A stretch of 49,933 nt of DNA, taken from a bacterium. GTDB lineage: Bacteria > Eisenbacteria > RBG-16-71-46. The stretch lies in NCBI GenBank assembly GCA_043779265.1, contig JAYWEM010000016.1:1-49933 (forward strand), in the 5' to 3' direction. Below the pieces are notes generated by a model. That model was given only the letters and a program-made list of their open reading frames with translations, was not told the DNA's origin and searched no databases. Below are positions 8,483 to 17,900 of this stretch, in pieces. The translations under genes were made by a program, and so were the position numbers. Positions within the stretch are counted from its first letter, which is position 1; each line of letters starts with the position of its first letter.

Positions 8483-11400
8483 TCAGCGACTCGGCAGCAC
8501 CTTCGGCTTGGCGGGCACGACCGCCGGCACCTGCGCCTCGCTCACCATGCGATTGAAGCGCGCGACGTCCTCGTCCAGCAGACGCCGGTAGGTGGCGAGT
8601 TGCGCCTCGATCTTGGCCGACAGATCGGCGTGCACGTCGAGCGACTGCGCGGTCGGGCGGGCGTCCGCGCTGCCGACCGTGCTGGCCAGCGTCGCCAACT
8701 TGTCGTCGAGCCGGACCGGGAAGTTGAGCGGGTCCTGATTGCTCTTCGACTTGGTCTGGTGCAGCGCCTCCTCCACCGCGGTCAGCCGCTTGCCGATGGC
8801 TTTGGCGGAGTCCTCGAGCGCTCCGGTCTTGTCGGCGCGCTTGGCGCGTTCGATTGTGGCGTCGAGGTCGCGGCGAAGCGCGCGGATCGAGGCGACCGCG
8901 TCGTGTGCCCGCGTGAACTGGTCGCGGATCGTGACGAGCAGCGCGTGCTGGCTGCGAAAGTCCTCGTCGCTCGTCTCGAGGCGCGGGTCCTTGATGACCG
9001 CGATCGGCTGCAGCAGCTCGCGCTCGCCCACCTGGAGCCGTGCGGTGTAGCGACCCGGCACCGCCGTCGGAGCATCGGGCGTGCCGGCCCACAGCACGGT
9101 GCCCTCGAGGCGGAACGCGGCACGCTCGCGCAGGTTCCACACGAACGAGTTGGCACCGACCCGTGCCGGCACCTTGTCGCCGGTGCGTGTCTTGTCGGTC
9201 GTATCGGCGAACACCTCGCCCTTGCGATCCCACGCGCGCACCACGCGATTCTGCGAATCGAGGATCTCGAGCGTCACGGGGATGCTGTCGGCGGGCGCGG
9301 TCTTCAGCGTCCAGCGGATCACTGCTCCGGGCGCGGGATTGGTGCCGGCATCGGTGCGAGTCACGCTGGCACTCGCGAATCGCACCGCCGTCGCGGGTGC
9401 GAACAGATGCGCCTGGCTCTTGGCGACATCGGGCGTCAGCTGCCGCAGCGGCGTCACGTCGTCGAGGATCCAGAACGAGCGGCCCTGCGTCGAGATGCAG
9501 ACGTCGTCGCCCTTCACGAGCAGATCGGTGATCGGCACGGTCGGCAGATTGCGCTGCAGGCTCTGCCAGCGCTGACCGGCATCGAACGACACCCACGCCC
9601 CGGTCTCGGAGCCCGCGTAGAGCAGGCCCTTGCGCACCGGGTCCTCGCGCACCACCCGCACGAAGCTGTTCGCGGGCAACCCCGAGGTGATCCGGTTCCA
9701 CGACTTGCCATAGTCGCGCGTCACGTACACGTACGGCGCGAAGTCATCGAGCTTGTAGCGCACCGCCGTGATGAAGGCCGTGCCCGGCTCGTGCGGCGAG
9801 GCGTCGACGGAGTTGATCTGGCTCCACTCCGGCAGACCGCTCGGCGTCACGTCCGTCCACGTCGCGCAGCCATCTCGCGTCACGTGCACGCGGCCGTCAT
9901 CCGAGCCCGCCCACCACAGCCCCGCCTGCTTGGGGCTCTCACTCAGCGAGAAGATGGTGCAGTAGTACTCGACGCTCGTGTTGTCCTTGGTGATCGGTCC
10001 GCCCGATGCGCCCAGCTTGCTCGGGTCGTTGCGCGTCAGGTCGGGACTCACGGCGGTCCAGCTCTGGCCGTCATCGGTGGAGCGGAACAGGCGGTTGCCC
10101 GCGGCGTAGAGCGCCGAGGGATCATGCTTGGAGAACACGATCGGGAAGTTCCACTGGAAGCGGTGCTTCATCCCCTCGACGCCATGGCCGAGGGCGATGT
10201 CGGGATAGACCGTGACCTCGCGCTGCTGCTGCGTGCGCAGATCGATGCGCGACAGATAGCCGAGATAGCAGCCGGCGAACACGATCTGCGGGTCCTTCGG
10301 GTGCGGCGCCACCCAGCCGCTCTCACAGCCGCCGACGGCGAACCAATCCTGACGCTCGATGCCGAAGCCGGTGGTGCGCGACGGGATCGACACGGTGCTG
10401 TTGTCCTGCTGACCGCCATAGAGCCGGTAAGGGAACTGGTCGTCGGCGGCGACGCGATAGAACTGGGCGGTCGGCTGATTGCCGAGCGTCGACCAGTTGC
10501 GGCCACCATCCAGCGTGACCTCGGCGCCGCCATCGTCGCCGAGCACCATGCGCTGCGGATCCTCGGGCGCGATCCACAGGTCGTGGGTGTCACCATGCCC
10601 GACCGAGACGCCCTCGAACGTCCTCCCGCCATCCTTGGAGCGGTGCAGCGAGACATTGAGCACGTAGAGCCGATCGGGATCCACCGGGTCGGCGGTCAGC
10701 CGATTGTAGTACCAGGCGCGCTGGCGCAGCTTGCGCTCCTCATTGACGCGCTGCCACGAGCGGCCCGCGTCATCGGAGCGGAACAACCCGCCCTCCTCGG
10801 CCTCGACCATCGCCCACACGCGATCGGGCTTGGCCGGCGAAACCGTGACGCAGATCTTGCCCAGCATGCCCTTCGGCAGACCATTGCCCTCCTGCCCCGT
10901 CAGCTTGGTCCATGTGTCGCCGCCATCGGTGCTCTTCCACAGGCTCGAACCCGGCCCGCCGCTCTCGAACGTCCACGGCTTGCGCACCACCTGCCAGAAG
11001 CCCGCGTAGAGGATGCGCGGATTGGTCGGGTCCATGGCGAGGTCGCTCGCTCCCGTCTTCGCATCGACGAACAAGATGCGGCTCCAGGTGCGACCGCCGT
11101 CTCGGGAGCGGTAGATGCCACGCTCCTCATTGGGTCCGAACACGCGGCCCTGTGACGCGACGTAGATCACGTCGGGGTCCTTGGGATGGATGCGGACACG
11201 CGAGATCTGGCTGGTGCGCTCGAGCCCGAGGTGACGCCAGGTGCGACCGGCATCGGTCGAGCCGTACACGCCGTCGCCATGCGAGACGTTGCCGCGGATG
11301 GGCGTCTCGCCCATGCCGACCACGATCACGTTGGCGTCGCTCGCCGCGACGGCGATCGCACCGACCGATCCGGTGCCGAAGCTCGAGTCCGCGAGGCTCT

Positions 11401-11689
11401 GCCAGCTCGCACCGTCATCCATCGTGCGCCAGACGCCGCCGCCGGTCGCGCCCATGTAGAAGAGTCGCGGCTCGCCGGGCACGCCTGCCACGGCCGTGAC
11501 GCGCCCACCTCGGAACGGTCCGATCGAGCGCCACTGGAGCGCCGACAAGAGCGCCGGGTCGTAGGCGGGCGCGATCGTGCCGGTGTGGGCCGGGGCTGCG
11601 GCCCTCGTCGCGGCAGGGCGCTGCGCCAGCGCTGCGTCGTGAGGAGACAGCAGCATCACGAGAACGAACAGCAGGAGGCGGTGTCGCAC
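8483..11689 (-). CDS. Secreted BNR-repeat/VPS10 (sortilin-like) glycosyl-hydrolase-like protein
   Basis: GGAGG RBS and GTG 11689, signal peptide, WRSIGPFRGGRVTAVAG start and many Asp-box repeats (SxDGGxTW), C-terminal coiled-coil. The track ORF extension to 12430 is spurious. Confidence 0.88.
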   Translation of the reverse strand: MRHRLLLFVLVMLLSPHDAALAQRPAATRAAAPAHTGTIAPAYDPALLSALQWRSIGPFRGGRVTAVAGVPGEPRLFYMGATGGGVWRTMDDGASWQSLADSSFGTGSVGAIAVAASDANVIVVGMGETPIRGNVSHGDGVYGSTDAGRTWRHLGLERTSQISRVRIHPKDPDVIYVASQGRVFGPNEERGIYRSRDGGRTWSRILFVDAKTGASDLAMDPTNPRILYAGFWQVVRKPWTFESGGPGSSLWKSTDGGDTWTKLTGQEGNGLPKGMLGKICVTVSPAKPDRVWAMVEAEEGGLFRSDDAGRSWQRVNEERKLRQRAWYYNRLTADPVDPDRLYVLNVSLHRSKDGGRTFEGVSVGHGDTHDLWIAPEDPQRMVLGDDGGAEVTLDGGRNWSTLGNQPTAQFYRVAADDQFPYRLYGGQQDNSTVSIPSRTTGFGIERQDWFAVGGCESGWVAPHPKDPQIVFAGCYLGYLSRIDLRTQQQREVTVYPDIALGHGVEGMKHRFQWNFPIVFSKHDPSALYAAGNRLFRSTDDGQSWTAVSPDLTRNDPSKLGASGGPITKDNTSVEYYCTIFSLSESPKQAGLWWAGSDDGRVHVTRDGCATWTDVTPSGLPEWSQINSVDASPHEPGTAFITAVRYKLDDFAPYVYVTRDYGKSWNRITSGLPANSFVRVVREDPVRKGLLYAGSETGAWVSFDAGQRWQSLQRNLPTVPITDLLVKGDDVCISTQGRSFWILDDVTPLRQLTPDVAKSQAHLFAPATAVRFASASVTRTDAGTNPAPGAVIRWTLKTAPADSIPVTLEILDSQNRVVRAWDRKGEVFADTTDKTRTGDKVPARVGANSFVWNLRERAAFRLEGTVLWAGTPDAPTAVPGRYTARLQVGERELLQPIAVIKDPRLETSDEDFRSQHALLVTIRDQFTRAHDAVASIRALRRDLDATIERAKRADKTGALEDSAKAIGKRLTAVEEALHQTKSKSNQDPLNFPVRLDDKLATLASTVGSADARPTAQSLDVHADLSAKIEAQLATYRRLLDEDVARFNRMVSEAQVPAVVPAKPKVLPSR

Positions 11690-11712
11690 GGGGATCCTCC
11701 GGAGCCGACGCG

Positions 11713-13237
11713 TCAGCGCGGCAGATGGAAACCGACACCGGGGCCGATGGGCAGCCCCAGCATGTGGAAGGCAATGAGCAACAAGGTCCACGAGACGAAG
11801 AACACGATCGAGTACGGGATCATCAGCGTGATCAACTGGCCGACACCGGCGTCGGGACGGTAGCGCCGCATCGTCGCCAGCACGAATGGCACATAGGGCA
11901 TCAGCGGTGTGATCACATTGGCGCACGAGTCGCCGATTCGGAACGAGACCTGCGTCGCCTCGGGGGTGAAGCCCAGCAGCGCGAACATGGGCACGAACAC
12001 CGGGGCGAGAATGGCCCACTTGGCGCTGGCCGAGGTCATCAGCAGGTTCATGCCGCCCGAGAACACGACCAGCGCGACGAGCAGCGCGGTGCCGCCGATC
12101 CCGGCCGCGCGCAGCCCCTCGGCGCCGCCGATGGCGAGCAGTGCTCCCAGATTGGACCACGAGAACCAACTGGCGACCTGCCCGGCGATGAACGCCAACA
12201 CGAGGAACGGTCCCATCGTGCCCATCACCTCGCCGCTCATGCGCGCGACATCGCGATCGGAGCGGATGCTGCCGGTGGCGATGCCGTAGGCGAGGCCCGG
12301 CAGGAAGAACAGCACGGAGATGAGCACGACCATGCTGTCGAAGAACGGCTTGAGCGCCGAGATGCCGGTCGCATCGGGGGCGCGCAGCGGCGCCCCGGCG
12401 GGCACGACGAGCAGCGCGACGACGGTGCACCCGGCCAAGGCCGCGCCCAACGCCCAGCGCAGACCGCGCTGCTCACCCACCGAGATCGGCTGGGCCTCGC
12501 CCGAGCCCACGCCCTTCCAGGGTCCCAACCGCGGCTCGATGATCCGATCCGTGACCCAGGTCCCGAGCCAATGAGCAGGGGCGTCGCCGCCATCAGGAAG
12601 AACCAGTTGCCGAGGATCTCGACGGTGTAGCCCGGCAGCAGCTTCGAGCTGTCGATGGCGGATTGCGTCAGGCCGACGAGCAGCACATCGAGCGGATTGG
12701 GCAGCAGGTTGGCGCTGAAGCCGCCCGCGACGCCAGCGAACGCCGCCGCGATCCCCGCGAGGGGGTGGCGTCCGGCGGCCACGTAGAGCAGGGCCGCGAC
12801 CGGCGGCAGGATGACGATGCCGGCGTCCGCCGCGAGATTGGCGAGGATGCCGACGCACACGACGGTCGGCGTCAGCCATGCCTTCGGTGCCTTCACGACG
12901 AGCGCGCGCATCGTGACGCCGATCAGGCCGCTCGCCTCGGCGACACCGATCCCGAGCATCGCCACCAGCACGGTGCCGAGCGGCGCGAACCCCGTGAAGT
13001 TGCGCACGGTCTCGGTCAGGATGCGGCGGATGCCATCGGTCGAGAGCAGGTTCACCGCGGCCAGCGTGCTCCCGTCGGACGGGTGCACTGCCTGCCACCC
13101 GAACCGCGCGCCGAGCCACGAGGCGAGCAGGGTCAGCACGGCGATGACGGCGAAGATGGTGATCGGGTCGGGGAGTCGGTCGCCGGCGCGAGGAGACCTC
13201 GACGAGGGCTGACATCCTGCCGATCGGGCTGGGGCAT
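11713..13237 (-). pseudogene. abgT: AbgT-family (p-aminobenzoyl-glutamate) transporter disrupted by two frameshifts
   Basis: N-terminal half (RAGDRLPDPITIF...NFTGFAPLGTVLVAMLGIGVAE...GNWFFLMAATPLLI) and C-terminal half (LGTWVTDRIIEPRLG...SASAKWAILAPVFVPM...FRIGDSCANVITPLMPY...GLPIGPG) are in different frames, switching near 12570. The likely start MPQPDRQDVSPRRGLL (ATG 13237) is in a third frame, switching near 13190. Confidence 0.8.
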
Positions 13238-13371
13238 GGGGAGCGCATACTGCGGGCGCCACCAACGCGCTTCAAGAGGGACCTTCCCAGCGCGACATGA
13301 GGTTTGACGATGCCTGCCCCCGCTCCCACCATGCCGTTCACGATCACTCGATCCCCACGGAGAGGAACCGC

Positions 13372-14685
13372 ATGAGTCACGGCAAGAAGATGGCCATCCT
13401 GGTCGGCGGCGGGCCGGCCCCCGGTATCAATGCCGTGATCGGCGCGGCGACGATCCGCGCCTGCCTCGAGGGCATCGAGGTGATCGGGCTCGAGGACGGC
13501 TTCGAGTGGGTGATGCAGGGCGACATCGACCACTCGCGCCCGCTCACCATCGAGGGAGTGAGTCGCATCCACTTCCGCGGCGGCTCCAACCTGGGCACCT
13601 CGCGCGCCAACCCGACGAAGGACCCCGAGCACCTCGAGAACACGGTGCTATCCCTGCTGCGGATGGGTGTGACCGACCTGGTGACGATCGGCGGGGATGA
13701 CACGGCCTACTCCGCTCTCTGCCTCGAGAGGCAGTCCCAAGGTCGCATCGATGTCGTGCACGTGCCCAAGTCGATCGACAACGACCTCGACCTGCCTCCC
13801 TACGTGGACACGTTCGGCTTCCAGACGGCCCGCCATCTCGGCGTCGAGCTGGTGAAGAACCTGCTCGTCGATGCCAAGACCACCTCGCGCTGGTACTTCG
13901 TGATCGCCATGGGCCGCAAAGCGGGGCACCTGGCGCTCGGCATCGGCAAGGCCGCCGGCTCGACGCTGACGCTGGTAGCCGAGGAGTTCCAGCAGCGGCC
14001 CATCCGACTGAAGACGCTCACCGACACGCTCGTCGGCGCCATCCTCAAGCGGCTGACGACCGGGCGCCGCGACGGCGTGGCGGTGATCGCCGAAGGCGTC
14101 GTACTCGACCTCGACCCGAAGGACCTGGCGCTGCTCGAGGACGCCGAGCGCGACGCGCATGACCACCTGCGCATCGCCGAGGTCAACATCGGCGAGATCC
14201 TCAAGCACGCGGTCGAGACGCGACTCAAGGACTTCGGCATCAAGTCGACCATCGTCGCCAAGAACATCGGCTACGAGCTGCGCTGTGCCGACCCGATCGC
14301 ACTCGACATGGAGTACGCCCGTGACCTGGGCTATTGCGCCGCCAAGTACCTACTGCAGGGCGGCAACGGCTCGGTCGTCACCATGCAGGCCGGGCATTTC
14401 GTGCCCGTGCCGTTCGCGCAACTGATCGACCCGGTCGACGGCCGTCCGCGCGTGCGCCTCGTGGATGTGAACTCGGCGCGCTACGCGATCGCGCGTCGCT
14501 ACATGATCCGCCTGCGCCGGGACGATTTCGAGGACGCCCACGAGCTGGCCAAGTTCGCCACGACCGCGGGGTTGTCGCTCGAGGAGTTCCGCGAGGAGTT
14601 CGCCTACCTGATCGCCGACGAACCGCCGTCGTTCATCCTCGAGGGGCCCGGTAGTCCAGAGGTGGAGAGCAGCAGCGCCTGGTGA
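13372..14685 (+). CDS. pfp: Diphosphate--fructose-6-phosphate 1-phosphotransferase (PPi-type phosphofructokinase)
   Basis: GGGPAPGIN, GGDDT (Asp at the PPi-specificity position), PKSIDND (Lys), MGRKAGHLALG and GYELRC motifs. GAGG RBS upstream. Confidence 0.92.
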   Translation: MSHGKKMAILVGGGPAPGINAVIGAATIRACLEGIEVIGLEDGFEWVMQGDIDHSRPLTIEGVSRIHFRGGSNLGTSRANPTKDPEHLENTVLSLLRMGVTDLVTIGGDDTAYSALCLERQSQGRIDVVHVPKSIDNDLDLPPYVDTFGFQTARHLGVELVKNLLVDAKTTSRWYFVIAMGRKAGHLALGIGKAAGSTLTLVAEEFQQRPIRLKTLTDTLVGAILKRLTTGRRDGVAVIAEGVVLDLDPKDLALLEDAERDAHDHLRIAEVNIGEILKHAVETRLKDFGIKSTIVAKNIGYELRCADPIALDMEYARDLGYCAAKYLLQGGNGSVVTMQAGHFVPVPFAQLIDPVDGRPRVRLVDVNSARYAIARRYMIRLRRDDFEDAHELAKFATTAGLSLEEFREEFAYLIADEPPSFILEGPGSPEVESSSAW

Positions 14686-14863
14686 GCAGCTCGCTTAACT
14701 CCACGTCGCCTCACGCGACGATGTCGGAGATGACGCTGCTCTGCCCGCAACGTGCCGCGACTTGCTTGGGACCAGCCTCGTGGGGCGCGCTGACGGTCGA
14801 GACCACCCGCCCGAGCGAGATGACCCCGATCGATCCTGCGCCGAGGCACAGGACCACTGTCGC

Positions 14864-14899
14864 GCATGCGGCGAGAGGCCCGCGCCCCTCGCCGCATGC
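14864..14899. terminator. Inverted repeat between convergent pfp and oxidase genes
   Basis: 12-bp perfect arms GCATGCGGCGAG / CTCGCCGCATGC, about 25 nt beyond the stop at 14925. No U-tract, so terminator function is inferred from position. Confidence 0.5.
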
Positions 14900-14924
14900 C
14901 ACCGACACAGGACGGCTCAGTCGC

Positions 14925-17900
14925 TCACGGCGCCACCACCACGCGCGCGAGTCGGGTCCCTTCGCTGGAGCGCAGCCGCAGCACGTAGAGGCCGGGAGCA
15001 AGTCGTGCCCCGCTCGCGCCGCGTCCGTCCCACACCACCGCGTGCTCGCCGGCCTCGTGCCAGCCCTGCGCCAACCGGGCCACGCGCCGCCCTTGCACGT
15101 CGAGCACCTCGAGTCTCGCCTCGCCCGCGCGCGGCAGCGTGAACGCCACGCGCGTGCCGGCCACGACGGGGCTCGGGTGGGCGCCCGCGAGCGCGAGCAC
15201 CGGCGAGCGCGCGTCGCCCTCGTCGGCCGGTCGCTGAGCGGCGGGCAGATCGGCGCTGTAGACGCCGTGTGAGAGCAAGAACAACTCGCGCACGAGGCCC
15301 TCCGCGAGCGGCGGCACCTCGAACTCGAGCTCGACGCGCTCGCCAGGCGAGAGCGTCGTGGTGAGGTTGCCCACCGAGTCGAGCGCGCCGGTCACTTCGC
15401 CGAGTGATGAGTGCACGGCCAGTCGCAGCGGCAGCTTGACGCCCGCGATGGCGTCGCTCTCGTAGAGGAACCGCGCCAGAGTGCCGATACGGTGCGCTCC
15501 CTGCGCCACCAGCTGCAGCGTGCCGGTGTGCAGCGAGTCGAGCAGCCGCTCGTCGTCGTGCTCGCGCGGATAGCGCAGCGCCGCCAATCGCCAGCCGCCC
15601 GCGCCGTCGGGCGCCTCGACCCGGATGCCGCTGTGCTGTATCACCCACGCATCGGCCGACAGCCGCGCGCCGGGGCCGCGTGCGTCGGCGGCCATCTTGG
15701 GGTTCGCGCCTGGCCCTCCCCCCTTGCCGCCGTCGCCGTCGATGAACCCGCCGCCGCCGGGGTTCGTGCCGACCGCGCCGAGTGCGCCGGGTGCGCGCGG
15801 GTCCGACGAGGCACCTGCGGCGGGCGGCGCGGTGAGGTCGACCCACAGCGTCTCGCCCGAGGCGGTCGTGTGCCCGCCGCCGCCGGCCACGAACCGGTGC
15901 GTCAGATCACCAGCGAGGCTCGACCTCACACGATGCACCGGTGTGCGCATGCCGAGCCGCACGTGCTCTCCGACCGAGTGCGCCTCGAGCCCCGGCGCAT
16001 GGTCCACCGCCACCAGTCGCACCCGGTCGAGTGTGGTGTGCTCCTGCTCATCCTCTCGGATCGAGAGCCGCATGCGGCCCGCCTCCACGAGCGGCGCGTG
16101 CCGAAGGCGGTAGTCGTCGAGTGAGGCCGTGCCGGTGAGCGAACGCGACAGGATGGAGTTCTCCACCTGCCAGCCCGAGGCGGTCAGGGTCCAGGCGAAC
16201 GGACAGCCACCGCCGGCGTGCTGTGTCGCCTCGTTGCTCATCACCGACCAGTTGCGGTCGCTGTCGGCGTCGTCGCGGCTGATGAGGCGGAAGTGGTAGG
16301 TGAGGTTCGGGTCGAGGCCCGGCACGTCCACGAACTGTGCCGCCCCGCTCGTGCCGGGGGTGGGCGGTGACAGCACGCGCGTGCCGTGGTCGAAGAAGTC
16401 ATCGAGGGTGGCGATGGACTGCACCGCGCGGTAGCGCAGCTCGTAACGCGCCGCCCTGTTGACCGAGCCCTCGCCCTGGTCTCCTGGCGCGCTCCAGCTC
16501 AGCGTGTACGTGACCGTCGAGCCCGTGGGCGTGGTCGCGAACACCCCGAGGTCGATGGTCTGCGTCGGCGGGAGCGTGTCCCATGTGGCGAAGCTCGTTG
16601 CGGCCGCTCCCACGTTGACCCACCGCGCGATCGAGGGCACGCGCGACTCGACTCCCTGACTCAGCACGAACAGCAGGTAGTTGCCCGGCGGTGCGTGGTT
16701 GTTCGTGGAGCCCGCGGGCCAGCGCAGCGTGACCTTGTTGCCGACCTGCGAGACCACCTCGAGCGGCACATAGCGCTGGTCCTGGTTGAACGTGTGTGTC
16801 GCGGCGCCGGGACGGACGAGACAGGCCGACACGACCGGGTCCAGGCACGAGACCTTGAAGTCCTGCCCCCACGTGATGTGGTCCTGTGCGCCCACGAGGC
16901 GAGGCCGGAGCGCCGGTGAGCCCGAGTCGAACAGGTACGGCGGGCTGTACACATCGACCGAGCGCTTCACGGATTCCGGATGCGAGTCGTGCCCGCCCGC
17001 CGACAGGATGCGGCCGTCGGGCAGCAGCAGCGCGCTCGAGTGATGCGAGCGAGGCGTTGGCTGCTCGGCGAGCAGGTTCACATCACTCGCATTGGCGCCG
17101 TACCACCAACCGCGCTGGGCCCCGCTCACGTGCGTCGGGTCGAAGAGCTCGGGGCGCAGCCGCGGGACGGCATCGAGCGGGACATCACGGTAGCCGAGAC
17201 TGTTGCCGCCGGTCGCGATCGCCTCGCCCGTGGGGAGCACGGTGACAGTGTGGTCGCGGCGTCCCAGCGCCATCGGGTTGACCGAGGCGGCCCACGAGGC
17301 GGACGCCAGCCCCAGTTGCAACGTGGCCGTGGTGCCAGGCGCAGGCAAGCTGCCATCGGTGAAGTGCCCGCCGCACTTCATCACGAGGTCCGGGCGCAGC
17401 ATCGCGCCCGTGCCCGAGTCGTGGCCCAGCGTGCCGTCGCCGTAGTTCGACCACTGGCCGGTGGCGGGGTCGAGGCGAAGGTTGCTCGCCTGGCCGCCGA
17501 ACGTGGGACCCGGCACGTACAGCTTCCCGTCGGGCCCGTTGAACATCATGTGGTAGCTGAACATGTATCGCGGCGCGCCGAACGCGGCCCACGTGCTCGC
17601 GACCGGGTCGTAGACCTCTGCCTGCATCTCGGTCAGCTCGCGCGGCTCGCGGATCGCCGCATGCCCGCGCAGCGCCTGCGGCGCCGCCCCGCGTAGGCGC
17701 CACTGCTGCTGGTTGTCGAAGAGCTCCTTCTCGTACACGGTGGCATCCCACGCGCCGCTGGCGAGCGCGCCGCCGATCACCACCACCGTGAACGGATAGG
17801 CATCGTAGTAGACCATGCTCGCACGCTTGCGTGCGGAGATGCTGGTGCTCGAAGCGGACTTGTCGACCCACCGATAGCTCGTGCCGTCGCGCTTGATCTG

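Noticed and set aside
8600..11155. 851-aa plus-strand ORF, and similar long ORFs such as 19487-22288, 6481-8244, 30744-32477, 46051-47637 and 47543-49075
   Set aside because: Antisense shadows of well-supported genes. High GC suppresses stop codons, and the translations are Arg/Ala/Gly-rich with no motifs.
11690..12430. N-terminal extension of the BNR/VPS10 ORF (likewise 659-1150, 21496-22899, 39623-40492 and 43608-44438)
   Set aside because: These overlap other genes in a different frame or strand. RBS, signal peptides and motif starts identify downstream start codons.
14686..14863. GCTTAAC just after the pfp stop, resembling an integron attC inverse core, plus short ORFs in this gap
   Set aside because: No matching GTTRRRY end, no integrase or cassette array, and the short ORFs lack RBS or motifs.
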